DNA of 38,054 nt, taken from positions 1 to 38,054 of the forward strand of contig JADFWS010000003.1 in the NCBI GenBank assembly GCA_015234065.1, given 5' to 3'. The DNA is from Candidatus Omnitrophota bacterium. GTDB taxonomy: Bacteria; Omnitrophota; Gorgyraeia; Zapsychrales; Fredricksoniimonadaceae. How positions within the stretch are numbered: position 1 is the first letter of the stretch; each line of letters starts with the position of its first letter. The translations under genes were made by a program, and so were the position numbers. Shown here piece by piece: positions 9,531-18,846 of this stretch. Under the pieces are notes generated by a model. That model was not told the DNA's origin. It ran no database searches and saw only the letters and a program-made list of their open reading frames with translations.

Positions 9531-11018
9531 TTATCTGACCGCCTGGCCAAATGCCACGCGTGCTGTGTTCGCCTGCTGACCATTATCCATCATCTGATTA
9601 TTCTGAGCCGCCATCGGTGCGTTCATAACCTGATGACAATTCGTACACACACCCCTGTAGACATGCGGCATATTGGCATTGCTTGGAATTGGCGGAGCCA
9701 CAACAGCCGCGACCTGCTGGGCCGCGACCGGAAACGCATTCGCCTGCGTATTAACAGGCATAGCTACCGGAATACCGCCCTGACTGATCATCTGTTTACA
9801 ATTCGGGCATCTCGGATACCCATCATTCGGATCCAACCGGGCATAAAATCTCCAGTTGCACGTCGGACAAACAAACGCTTTCACCGGTGCCTGGCCTTGA
9901 TCAAAATTCGGCTGAACCGGCATCATCTGATTCATTTGCGGCTGCTGGAACTGCACCATGTTCGTCACCGGCTGTTCGATCACCGGGGCCGGCACATTGT
10001 TATTATTGGCCATTTCAAGAGCCATTTCTGCATCACAATTCGGGCATTTCGGAAATTTGTTCGCCTGCCGAACCGCTTTCATACGCCAATTGCAAACCGG
10101 GCAAATAAACCCCTGGGTCTGCTGTTGCTGCGCCGGCTGCACCTGCTGTGGCTGTACCTGCTGCGGTCCAAAACCAAACGCCACTTGCTGCCCTATGCCA
10201 TTCTGATTTCCCGGCAATGGGCACAACGGGCCGCCGTTCCAAGCCACGGGCATATTACCCTGATTAGCCGCTTGCTGCATCATCATACCATTGCCCTGCA
10301 TGCCCCCCTGTTGCATCATGGCCGGTTGCATCATCACACCCTGCTGCATCATGGCCGGGCGCATCATCATGCCGCCGCCTTGTCCCATCGGCATCGGGCA
10401 GTTCGGGCCCATGCCATTACCAAAAGCCACGGGAGCAGGCATCGCCTGACCCATATTCTGGTCTGGCATCTGTCCGGGCATGCCCGGCTGTGGCAGCGTA
10501 TTACTTGCTTGCGGTGTCGCCTGAATTCTGGCCTTGCGATACAACGTCACAACTTTCCTGGCCTGGCCCGTATAACCGCCAAATGCCCTAATACCAAACT
10601 GCATTAAAATGTTATAACTGTCCGGGTCAATGTTGCCAACAATGACCGCTTCTTCACCCTTACCCGCGATCAAATACACCAATTGCGGATTCGGCTGCGT
10701 GCCAAGATACGGATTCTTGATAGACTCAAGCATTTTCTTCGACAACGGATCAACAACCAGGAAATATTTAGCTTCGGGTAACGTAGCCGCCACATTCGCG
10801 TTCAAATTGGACCCGGTCGCGGCAATCACGATCTTCCCGCACGCCGGATTCCCGACATTCTGCGTCTGGCCTTCCGGTGAAAACAGCGCAAAGATCCCGA
10901 CCGCGAGCACCAGCAAAATCGCGCCAAAAATAAAATACGTGTTCAGGTCTGTTTCTTCGAGCCGCGATGAGAGATCGTCGATCGAAACATTCATTTTTTC
11001 TTTCGGATGCTTTACCAT
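9531..11018 (-). CDS. Membrane-anchored mosaic: NifB/NifX domain, Met/Gln-rich region, two CxxC ribbons, one magnetochrome
   Basis: KIVIAATGSNLNANVA...AKYFLVVD...AVIVGNID (NifX-like); CPVCNWR...CPNC and CPTCNWR...CPNC; PPIPSNANMPHVYRGVCTNCH. Confidence 0.8.
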   Translation of the reverse strand: MVKHPKEKMNVSIDDLSSRLEETDLNTYFIFGAILLVLAVGIFALFSPEGQTQNVGNPACGKIVIAATGSNLNANVAATLPEAKYFLVVDPLSKKMLESIKNPYLGTQPNPQLVYLIAGKGEEAVIVGNIDPDSYNILMQFGIRAFGGYTGQARKVVTLYRKARIQATPQASNTLPQPGMPGQMPDQNMGQAMPAPVAFGNGMGPNCPMPMGQGGGMMMRPAMMQQGVMMQPAMMQQGGMQGNGMMMQQAANQGNMPVAWNGGPLCPLPGNQNGIGQQVAFGFGPQQVQPQQVQPAQQQQTQGFICPVCNWRMKAVRQANKFPKCPNCDAEMALEMANNNNVPAPVIEQPVTNMVQFQQPQMNQMMPVQPNFDQGQAPVKAFVCPTCNWRFYARLDPNDGYPRCPNCKQMISQGGIPVAMPVNTQANAFPVAAQQVAAVVAPPIPSNANMPHVYRGVCTNCHQVMNAPMAAQNNQMMDNGQQANTARVAFGQAVR

Positions 11019-11037
11019 ATCTTCCCCTTGTTTAAGA

Positions 11038-11631
11038 TCACTGCATGACCTGGCCGTAACCGAACGGTTTACCCAACAGCGGTGATCCGAGCTGCCAGCT
11101 TCCTTTATAAGGCCCCATGAGCGGCCCGTACTGATAATCGAACGGGATCGTCACATAAGAATTCTTGCCATTCCGGTACACATCCAACAAAATGCCATCT
11201 CTGTACTGAACGCCATTGGCCGCGTTCAAAAAACTTTTACTATCCGCAACAGCCTGACGGCTGATGGACACGATCACATCTGCGGTCTTAATGCCATACT
11301 TGAACGCCAGCTCTTTGCCTTCATCGATCACAAACATCCCTTTGATCTTTCCCGGGAGTTTGAATTCTTTACGGACCACGGCGTTAACCGGAGCCACTTC
11401 CATGCCGAGCCACATCAGGCTGTCCGCTTTTTCCAGCGCTACCGCCGGATTCACTTTCGGCTCGCGCACTTCTCCAAAAAACCCGAACGATGACAAAAGC
11501 TGCAACAAGACGATGACGGCAAGCAACACCGCGCCGAAGAAAATAACCGGCTTCTGTGCCGCGAATTTCTTAACCGCCTCTAAACGCTTTTCAAGATCGC
11601 TCTGATGTTGAGTGTGTTTTGTATGTGTCAT
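11038..11631 (-). CDS. Membrane-anchored PDZ protein (possible detached MamE C-terminal module)
   Basis: TM, then WLGMEVAPV...GIKTADVIVSIS PDZ. Overlaps the mamE stop by 4 nt. Confidence 0.75.
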   Translation of the reverse strand: MTHTKHTQHQSDLEKRLEAVKKFAAQKPVIFFGAVLLAVIVLLQLLSSFGFFGEVREPKVNPAVALEKADSLMWLGMEVAPVNAVVRKEFKLPGKIKGMFVIDEGKELAFKYGIKTADVIVSISRQAVADSKSFLNAANGVQYRDGILLDVYRNGKNSYVTIPFDYQYGPLMGPYKGSWQLGSPLLGKPFGYGQVMQ

Positions 11632-13010
11632 TGGACTTTAACCAACAGCTCATCTGTTTTCCCATTACGGATAATACGGACATTCACATTATCGCCCGGC
11701 CTGAAATGCGTGACAACTTTCTGCACTTCATCTTTACTTGACACCAGAACACCGGCGATCGACGTGATCACGTCCCCACGCTGTATCCCGGCAAAGCTCG
11801 CCGGTGATTCATCCACAACACGATTAACCAGGACTCCCTGCCCCTCGCCAATACCAAACTGGCGCGCCACCACATGGCTTACAGGCATCACTTCAAGCCC
11901 GAAATGGATCGGCACTGGAGCGCTCATGGCCGTAACCGGCAATTTTCCGGTCACCATACCCTTTTGATCTACAGGCACGGTAAAATTCCGGCCCAGATTG
12001 GCTGCCAGGAAATCCTTGCAATCATTGATCGGGATCGTAAATCCTGTGCCGCTGAAAACACCTGTCGGCGCATAAATAGCTGTATTGACACCCACCACCT
12101 CACCATCCAAATTCACAAGAGGCCCGCCGGAAGAACCACGATTAATGGGTGTATCTGTCTGAAAGAGATTCTGGTAACGCACCCCTTCGATCATCAGAGA
12201 CTTGCGAATACCACTGATAATACCGCTGGTGACGGTCTGTTCAATACCAAACGGACTGCCGACCGCGATCACATAATCGCCGATCTGGGTAAAGCTGGAA
12301 TCTCCGAGCTTTGCCTCTGGAAACGGGCCGTCCGCCCTGAGCTTCAACAGCGACAGGTCAAGATTCGGTTCCTGCGCCACAATATCCGCCTTAAGGTCCC
12401 GTGAAGGATTGCCGAACACGGTCACCACAATATCTGTCGCTTCCAGCGTAACATGCGAATTCGTCAGCACATAGCCGCGGTCATCCACAATAATACCAGC
12501 GCCAACATTCTCAAAACCCTTGTTCTCTACAAATTTATCGATCGCCCCGGTAAACGGAGGAACGAATTTAAAACCCTGGGCATCCGTTGTCTGCCGAACA
12601 GGCGTACGAACAATGTGCCTGGCATGAATATCACACACCGAAGGAATGATCGTATTCACGGAATCTTTTAAAGAATTCTGAAATTTGCTGTCCGTATTGG
12701 CCACCAGCTGGAACCCACCACCAGGCGTCGCCTTGGTGATCGCTGCCAACGAATAATTTTTTGCCGAACCCGGTTGCTGAGCCGGAAACGCAGCCGCCCT
12801 AACCTCGCGAGGAAACTTGGGTTCGTTCATGACCTGTGGCGGTGGCGGTGCCGACATCTGAGCTTTTAACTCTTCGGCCTCAACCCCCATCACGATCTCT
12901 TTACGCCTCATGATGACCCAGAACACCAGCATGATCGTGACAAAAACAATGCCAGCGATCCATGGCCCGAGCGGTTGACCGCAAAATTTATTTTTTTCTT
13001 CTTCCGGCAT
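11628..13010 (-). CDS. mamE: MamE HtrA-type serine protease with one PDZ and no magnetochrome
   Basis: Catalytic triad motifs LTNSHV, DLSLLK and INRGSSGGPL; N-terminal TM; C-terminal PDZ; mam context. Confidence 0.85.
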   Translation of the reverse strand: MPEEEKNKFCGQPLGPWIAGIVFVTIMLVFWVIMRRKEIVMGVEAEELKAQMSAPPPPQVMNEPKFPREVRAAAFPAQQPGSAKNYSLAAITKATPGGGFQLVANTDSKFQNSLKDSVNTIIPSVCDIHARHIVRTPVRQTTDAQGFKFVPPFTGAIDKFVENKGFENVGAGIIVDDRGYVLTNSHVTLEATDIVVTVFGNPSRDLKADIVAQEPNLDLSLLKLRADGPFPEAKLGDSSFTQIGDYVIAVGSPFGIEQTVTSGIISGIRKSLMIEGVRYQNLFQTDTPINRGSSGGPLVNLDGEVVGVNTAIYAPTGVFSGTGFTIPINDCKDFLAANLGRNFTVPVDQKGMVTGKLPVTAMSAPVPIHFGLEVMPVSHVVARQFGIGEGQGVLVNRVVDESPASFAGIQRGDVITSIAGVLVSSKDEVQKVVTHFRPGDNVNVRIIRNGKTDELLVKVQ

Positions 13011-13027
13011 CTTTGCTCCCTAACGTG

Positions 13028-13249
13028 TCAGAATGCGAACTTATCACCCGTTGTTGCGCCGCCTGTTGCGGCCTGCGGAAACGCCACCTGTGCCGCTGTT
13101 GTCTTGGGGACAGGCGTTTTATGGAGCCTCTTGTGATGCGTAGTTCCCTTGAATTCAAAGAATATCCCTGCCGCGATCAAAATACAGACCGCTGCAATGA
13201 TCAGAAATCCGAACCAGGGGCTGACACATGTTTCTTTATTGCCGATCAT
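13028..13249 (-). CDS. Small single-TM protein with a QVAF motif
   Basis: Hydrophobic segment, then HHKRLHK and AAQVAFPQ. Between mamI and mamE with an AGGA RBS. Confidence 0.6.
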   Translation of the reverse strand: MIGNKETCVSPWFGFLIIAAVCILIAAGIFFEFKGTTHHKRLHKTPVPKTTAAQVAFPQAATGGATTGDKFAF

Positions 13250-13262
13250 AAAATCCTATCGC

Positions 13263-13433
13263 TTATTTCTTGTCTTTAGCAAGCTTCAAACCGGTATTGA
13301 TCGCAATAAGCCCGCCAACAAGGATCGCAAGCGGCAAAGCCCCGCGCAGGAAATCGCCAAAATTATCCCACCATCCAATGATCCCCACAAGCCCGAGTAC
13401 TGCTGCAACTGCTCCACCGATAATATGTGCCAT
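13263..13433 (-). CDS. mamI: Magnetosome protein MamI (56 aa, absent from the ORF track)
   Basis: Manual translation MAHIIGGAVAAVLGLVGIIGWWDNFGDFLRGALPLAILVGGLIAINTGLKLAKDKK matches the MamI WW-x5-FLRG-x2-P...GL-x-A pattern. AAGGAG RBS. Confidence 0.85.
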   Translation of the reverse strand: MAHIIGGAVAAVLGLVGIIGWWDNFGDFLRGALPLAILVGGLIAINTGLKLAKDKK

Positions 13434-13481
13434 CTTGTTCTCCTTTTTTACTTTTCGTTTAAAATCTTCCCTAAATATGCC

Positions 13482-13853
13482 CTAAACCCCACCGCGTAAG
13501 AACCGCGGGAGGCGATTCTTGATCGAAGCGATCTTTTGACCTAAAACATAAGCGCCTTTTTCAAAAGCAACCGGCTCATCAATTTTATCGGAAATAGCCG
13601 CCCCTGAAGCCGCTTCATGCGCCTTTGGAACGTGCTGGGATACCGATGAATTGCTCTTTTCAACTAATGCAAGAATAACTTTTTTGGGGATCCGCTGATG
13701 CCCACCAATGGTCTCAAAGGCCCGAAGCTTACCTTGCTTGATCCAATTAAGGACCGTAAAACGCGTAACATGGCAAAGCTCTGCGGCTTGAGTGGTGGTC
13801 AGGTAGTCTTCGCTGATCGTGGAAGTGAAATTGTCTTTTAAAGAATGTTCCAT
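13482..13853 (-). CDS. Excisionase/MerR-type HTH DNA-binding protein heading the mam operon
   Basis: YLTTTQAAELCHVTRFTVLNWIKQGKL...GGHQRI. Start set at MEHS and uncertain. Confidence 0.75.
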   Translation of the reverse strand: MEHSLKDNFTSTISEDYLTTTQAAELCHVTRFTVLNWIKQGKLRAFETIGGHQRIPKKVILALVEKSNSSVSQHVPKAHEAASGAAISDKIDEPVAFEKGAYVLGQKIASIKNRLPRFLRGGV

Positions 13854-13965
13854 GACGAATGTAAGCGTATATTTTTCAAGGAGATTAAACGTTCTAAATA
13901 AGTGCCAAATAATATCAATCAACCTAAATCTAGTCAAGAAATATTTCTATACGGATCTATTCTTT

Positions 13966-15024
13966 TCAGCTTTCGACGGGAAAAAATTGTTGAAATCGTT
14001 GAGCATTGAACGCTGCAGCAAAATCGGGACGTTTTAAAGATGCACTTTTATAAACAACAAGAGCATCCTTCTTCTGTTCCACAATAAAAACTTCAACATT
14101 TTTTAACAACCGCGCTGCATGAAGGCCCTGCCGGCCTCCTAAAATACACATGACCGTTGACAGAACATCCGCTTCTTCTGCCGTTCGTGCAATCACGGTC
14201 GCACTGATAGCCCCTGTCTCAGGATAACCTGTCATAGGATCAATAATATGCGAATATTTAACCCCATTGATCATTGAAAACTTTTCATAACTGCCAGATG
14301 TTGATATGCCCTGGTCTTTGATGAGCGCGGCCGCCAGTACTTTAGTCTTATCCAGCGGATCCTGAATGCCGATCATCCAGGGTTTTTGGCCATGATCCAA
14401 ACCACGGCAAAAAAGCTCCCCTCCCATATCCAGCAAAAAGTGCTTTATCTCATTGGCATCTAGCATCTTAGCTAATTCATCGCAGGCAAACCCAGAAACA
14501 ATGCCACCCAAATCTATTCCCATGCCTTGTTTCTTGAAAAACACGCGATCCGGCCCTTCCAAGCGAATATTTTGATACCCAACCATCGCTTGAGCGCCTT
14601 TAACAGCGTTTGAATCAGGGATACAACCCTGCTGACTTGCATTTTTCCACAATTTGATCAGCGGAAGACAGGTAATATCAAACGTGCCGCGGGTCATTTT
14701 AGCCAAACGCAACGCATTTTTCACCACGCGATAAACATCCGAGCTTACTTTTACCCCATGAAACCCATCCTGATTTAATTTGGCCAAGTCTCCGGAAGAC
14801 GAAAAAACATTCATGTGCTGATGCCATTGCTCTATCTTGGCCCAACACGACTGTGTAACAGCAGAAATATCAATGGCGGGGTCATGATAAAGACGTATTT
14901 CAACCATTGTACCGAAATACGGCCTGATTTCCTGATACTCCTTAAGATTTACAGGCAATTTTTTCTCGGAAGAAAAACTCATGCGGGTTTGAAGGCTGGA
15001 AAGGATTTTGGTTATCATGCGCAA
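13966..15024 (-). CDS. apbE: FAD:protein FMN transferase ApbE
   Basis: FGTMVEI, GTFDIT, IDLGGI, ISTSGSYEK, HIIDP, AD-x-LST motifs. Confidence 0.9.
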   Translation of the reverse strand: MRMITKILSSLQTRMSFSSEKKLPVNLKEYQEIRPYFGTMVEIRLYHDPAIDISAVTQSCWAKIEQWHQHMNVFSSSGDLAKLNQDGFHGVKVSSDVYRVVKNALRLAKMTRGTFDITCLPLIKLWKNASQQGCIPDSNAVKGAQAMVGYQNIRLEGPDRVFFKKQGMGIDLGGIVSGFACDELAKMLDANEIKHFLLDMGGELFCRGLDHGQKPWMIGIQDPLDKTKVLAAALIKDQGISTSGSYEKFSMINGVKYSHIIDPMTGYPETGAISATVIARTAEEADVLSTVMCILGGRQGLHAARLLKNVEVFIVEQKKDALVVYKSASLKRPDFAAAFNAQRFQQFFPVES

Positions 15025-15035
15025 CCGGAAACAGA

Positions 15036-15818
15036 TTAAACAAACCGGAGATACTTGCGGAAAAGGCCGGTCATAAAGATCGGCATTAAAAAGACCCCGA
15101 AAAACTCCTCGACTACCGTAATATACCCATTGATCCCCACAGGAACAATGTCTTTATAGCTGATATGGATGAGTGTCAGCGTGCTGTAATAGGTTGTTTC
15201 CAATAAACTGGGCTTTACAGTAACCCCGGCATTGATCATCTGGCCATGAGAGTACAGGTAGGAAAACGTCAAGATAAGAAATAACGCGAATAGAATGGTT
15301 CTCTGGGGCTTTTCGCCGTGTCCCCATATACAAAAGGAGAACGTCATGGTGATCCATGAAAAAACCATGCCCACTTGCTTTTTGAGGCCGTTATTCTGAT
15401 CAAAACCAAACGCGCCGCGCGGACGCAAAAAAGGAAATATATTTAAGGCAAGATGCTTGCGATAACACTCTTTGGAACGATAATAACACTCTGAAAATCC
15501 GGCGTCTTCAAGGTCCCGCTCATGCGATGTAGCCGCATATTTATACAGCATGCTGGCGTATTCAAGATCATACGCCAATTCAGCTTCTTTAGCGGCCTTC
15601 TCATAATTCAATGCCGCATAGTGAAAAAAGGTCTTGTCGCCAGCTTTCAGCGCCCAGCAACTAGCCGCTGATGAGAAACATAGCGCCGCACTTTGATGCT
15701 TGCCTTGACCCTGATGGATCCCGGCCGCTTGAACGAACAATTTTGACGCATCGCCGTAATGCTGTTCATCCAGAAGCCGATGCGCCTCTTTTTCAATCGC
15801 GGAAACATCGTTAGGCAT
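15036..15818 (-). CDS. Helical-repeat protein with a C-terminal K+-channel-like (two TM plus pore) domain and degenerate filter
   Basis: Ala-rich TPR/SNAP-like N-terminus; WGHGEKP, TM, YYSTLTLIHISYKDIVP, TM. Confidence 0.65.
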   Translation of the reverse strand: MPNDVSAIEKEAHRLLDEQHYGDASKLFVQAAGIHQGQGKHQSAALCFSSAASCWALKAGDKTFFHYAALNYEKAAKEAELAYDLEYASMLYKYAATSHERDLEDAGFSECYYRSKECYRKHLALNIFPFLRPRGAFGFDQNNGLKKQVGMVFSWITMTFSFCIWGHGEKPQRTILFALFLILTFSYLYSHGQMINAGVTVKPSLLETTYYSTLTLIHISYKDIVPVGINGYITVVEEFFGVFLMPIFMTGLFRKYLRFV

Positions 15819-15858
15819 ACATTAATTTCAGGTAAATGTTGAAAATGTTGAATTCGTT

Positions 15859-16188
15859 TTAACCCTTTAACGCCTGATCCATGGAATCGTGGATAGCGAC
15901 GATCTTATGCACTTTTGTGATCTCAAGAACGCCCCGGATATCCTTATTGACATTGCAAAGAGATAATTTCCCGTTCACCTTCCGAAGCTTTTGGACCAAC
16001 TCGATCAATGATGCGAGCCCGGAGCTATCCATAAAACTCACGGTTTCAAAATCCAATATCACTTTATTGATTTTTTCGCTGACGATCGGCATGAATACAT
16101 CACGCAGCTGTGCTACATTGTCGGCGTTGATCTCGCCATTCAGCATCAAGATCAGAAAATCATTGTTACGTGTGACTTTTATGTCCAT
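15859..16188 (-). CDS. STAS anti-sigma-factor antagonist (RsbV/SpoIIAA-like)
   Basis: VILDFETVSFMDSSGL phosphoserine motif. Confidence 0.85.
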   Translation of the reverse strand: MDIKVTRNNDFLILMLNGEINADNVAQLRDVFMPIVSEKINKVILDFETVSFMDSSGLASLIELVQKLRKVNGKLSLCNVNKDIRGVLEITKVHKIVAIHDSMDQALKG

Positions 16189-16203
16189 CAAGCCCTCCCT
16201 GCC

Positions 16204-16629
16204 TCAGAAGTTCTTTGTCATCCTGATCGTACGGCCATGATCTTCAAATTCCACATGATCCATCGCATTTTGTATCAAAAAGATGCCCCGTCCGCTCATC
16301 TTTTCCAAGTTTTCAGGCAAAATCGGATTGGGGATGCTTGTATAATCAAAGCCCGGCCCCTGATCTGTGACCTCAATAGTCAACTGCCGCTCTTGAGCCT
16401 GAATATCAACCTTAACAACAAGCGCGGCGTTTAATTTATTGCCATGCTTCATGGCATTGATCACTGCTTCCTGAAGCGCCAGTTTAATATCAAAAGACGC
16501 CTTCTGTTCAAACGGCAGGAAACACAATTTTCCCATGACCGCTGCTATAAAAGCCGGAACAAGGCCTATCCTGGACTGAAGCGTTTCTGAAATATGCAAC
16601 GGAATACCTGACATGAAGCACATGGCCAT
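16204..16629 (-). CDS. RsbW-like anti-sigma factor / Ser kinase
   Basis: LALQEAVINAMKHGN, DQGPGFD and SGRGIFLI HATPase motifs. Confidence 0.85.
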   Translation of the reverse strand: MAMCFMSGIPLHISETLQSRIGLVPAFIAAVMGKLCFLPFEQKASFDIKLALQEAVINAMKHGNKLNAALVVKVDIQAQERQLTIEVTDQGPGFDYTSIPNPILPENLEKMSGRGIFLIQNAMDHVEFEDHGRTIRMTKNF

Positions 16630-16779
16630 AATAAGAATTTATGAATACATTTAAGAATGGCTAATTTTATCAGAAAAGATTTTTTGCGCAAATTATTTGT
16701 TTCAGGTGATAAAACAGTTTTAATATTACGCATAATAGTGGGGCATTTGATGCGGCCGAAACGTACTTACAGGCACCAA

Positions 16780-16932
16780 TTAATGGCAGTTTCCTTTAGA
16801 CTTCGCGCCACACGACCCTTTATCTCCACTGCAACTGGAACATCCGTCACCCTGCTTGAGCGCTTTTTTCATATACCCGGCCAATGCTGCGATCGCGGCC
16901 CCGAATATAGCAAATACGACAAGAATTTCCAT
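16780..16932 (-). CDS. FeoB-associated Cys-rich membrane peptide (50 aa, absent from the ORF track)
   Basis: Manual translation MEILVVFAIFGAAIAALAGYMKKALKQGDGCSSCSGDKGSCGAKSKGNCH: TM, basic patch, GCxxC..C..CH. AAGGGA RBS. Confidence 0.7.
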   Translation of the reverse strand: MEILVVFAIFGAAIAALAGYMKKALKQGDGCSSCSGDKGSCGAKSKGNCH

Positions 16933-17048
16933 AATATTCCCTTCTTGATAATGTCTAAAACGTAAATATTAAACACGAGCGAACCTTATGTCCGCCCGCA
17001 ATAATCTAACATATTAGTCTATGCGACAGGGGAAACCATACGAAAATA

Positions 17049-17951
17049 TTACGCAGGGTCAATAAAGAAATCAATGTCACTTATTAACGGGAGATCCCGA
17101 AAAAGCGCCTGCTTCATGGCATCTGTAAACACGGCAGTATCTGCAATCGTTCCTTTGGAAGAACCGCGCAGGCTAATACCAACCCAGAATTTTTTCCCAA
17201 CCCTTTTAAATTTAATATGTTCCGGCCAGAAATCCGGGCGAATACGCGTAATAACATTACGGATATGCAGAATAAAGCCCGCATCCGGGGCCTGGTCCAG
17301 AATATTCTGTACGCTCATGACCCAATGCTTTAACGCGTCTTTAATGATCGCAACCCCGACGACAAGCGCCGCCAGCCTGTCGCATACGGCAAAATCCGGG
17401 CCAAACTGGGACAAAATAATGCCGCCAATGACCGCACTCGAAGAAATAACATCTGCCCCGGCATGTGCCCCGTTCGCGATCAGCGCCGGACTCTCCAATC
17501 TGCGACCGGCACAAAAATTATAGCGCTGCATCATATATGTCAGAAAAACAGATGTCATGGCCACCGGCAATACCATGATATCTGGCTGAACAAAATCACG
17601 CCGAAGAATAGCCAGAAGGCTGGACAGGGAAATAAATGCCCCCACTCCGATAAGAACGCTAAACGCAATAAGCGTCACCAGAAATTCAAGCCGGGCATAT
17701 CCATACGGGAACCGTGCATCCTGCGGACGGTTAGAGAATGAAAGCGTCACCATGATGGCAATGCTTGTTACCACACACACAATGGACTGAATGCCATCCG
17801 CCAGCATACCGGAACTGTTCGCAAGAACACCCCCCGCAAGCTTGATCACGACGAGAATGGCATTTCCTACAACAGTCCATGCCAGAACCTTTTTAGAACA
17901 CGCCACGCAAGCTTCTGCACTGGGACATGATTGAGCACGTGCTTTTGTCAT
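17049..17951 (-). CDS. Second MamB-like CDF transporter
   Basis: CVAC at the N-terminus, FPYGYARLEF, RYNFCAGRRLESPALIANG, matching mamB GYGFCAGRKLNSPAMIANA. Confidence 0.8.
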   Translation of the reverse strand: MTKARAQSCPSAEACVACSKKVLAWTVVGNAILVVIKLAGGVLANSSGMLADGIQSIVCVVTSIAIMVTLSFSNRPQDARFPYGYARLEFLVTLIAFSVLIGVGAFISLSSLLAILRRDFVQPDIMVLPVAMTSVFLTYMMQRYNFCAGRRLESPALIANGAHAGADVISSSAVIGGIILSQFGPDFAVCDRLAALVVGVAIIKDALKHWVMSVQNILDQAPDAGFILHIRNVITRIRPDFWPEHIKFKRVGKKFWVGISLRGSSKGTIADTAVFTDAMKQALFRDLPLISDIDFFIDPA

Positions 17952-18844
17952 TGTTCGACCATGGGTTTCATCCCCACAAAAATCTCATGGGGTTTTAAAA
18001 ACTTTATTCTTAACGCTTCTTTGATCCTTGCAATAATCTTCTTGGCTTCTGATACCGGCATATCCTTGATCACCGTCAGAATGAGCACAATCTCATACAC
18101 ATGCCCCACTTTGTTCACGCGCAACGCTTCAAGTTCTGCGCCCCGTCCTGCCTGACGCACATGCCGTTCAACAGTACTGATGATCTCCTTATCGCACGAT
18201 GCATCCATAAGCCCGTTAAATGCTCTGTATAGAAACCACACACTGTACGCCACAATAAACACTGCCGCAAAGATCGCGCATGCATAATCAAGGATATACG
18301 CCCCCATCCTTGCCACCACCACCACGACCGCGGTCACGACTGAGAGGATAAAATTTGTTTCAAGGATGAACATGATGTCATGCGCATCTGTCTCACGAAC
18401 AGCAGCAACCTTATTACCAACGATCCCCATAAAAACAAGACTGACGACTGCCGTGCCAAGCGCGATCCATGCCCCCAGAAGTTCCGGCGGATACAGCGTA
18501 TGGAAAAAAACCATGTGACCGGTTGAAAAGATCATCTCCCCTGTAGCCAGCGCAATGATTGCCGATACGCCAAAGAGAACCATGTATTCAAGCTTTCCCT
18601 GGGTAAAAAGCATTTCCCGGCGCCCTGGCCGCACCGACGGATGCGCAACCGCGATCCGCATCAATGTCGCCACTGCGATCAAAATACCGAACAGGGCAAA
18701 AATACCGGCGACGAGCAGGCTTTTCGATGCACTCATAACGCCAAAAACAGTTTTAACAATAAAATCCAACATAAAGAAATAAAGAAGCGCGTACGCAAAA
18801 CGCTCTTTGTTTTCTTTAGCAATATCCAACTTGAATTTCTTCAT
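17948..18844 (-). CDS. Divergent CDF (MamM/MamB-like) lacking canonical metal ligands
   Basis: GKLEY, FNGLMDAS and LRVNKVG CDF landmarks; overlaps the next CDF by 4 nt. Start set at MKKFK. Confidence 0.7.
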   Translation of the reverse strand: MKKFKLDIAKENKERFAYALLYFFMLDFIVKTVFGVMSASKSLLVAGIFALFGILIAVATLMRIAVAHPSVRPGRREMLFTQGKLEYMVLFGVSAIIALATGEMIFSTGHMVFFHTLYPPELLGAWIALGTAVVSLVFMGIVGNKVAAVRETDAHDIMFILETNFILSVVTAVVVVVARMGAYILDYACAIFAAVFIVAYSVWFLYRAFNGLMDASCDKEIISTVERHVRQAGRGAELEALRVNKVGHVYEIVLILTVIKDMPVSEAKKIIARIKEALRIKFLKPHEIFVGMKPMVEQ

Positions 18845-18846
18845 TC

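Noticed and set aside
10260-10400. Tandem GCATCAT-type repeats as a CRISPR array or VNTR
   Set aside because: They are coding Met/Gln repeats with no repeat-spacer structure and no cas genes.
9297-10607. 436-aa plus-strand His-rich ORF
   Set aside because: Antisense shadow: the CAT repeats are the Met codons of the real minus-strand gene.
13482-13853. Excisionase as a prophage/ICE marker, or as mamR
   Set aside because: No integrase or phage genes are present, and only the generic HTH is shared with MamR, so no symbol was assigned.
15834-15852. AAATGTTGA repeats, and similar TTGA runs at about 13988-14009, as copies of the TCAACATATT operator
   Set aside because: Short, AT-rich, opposite in orientation and differently spaced; cannot be told from chance.
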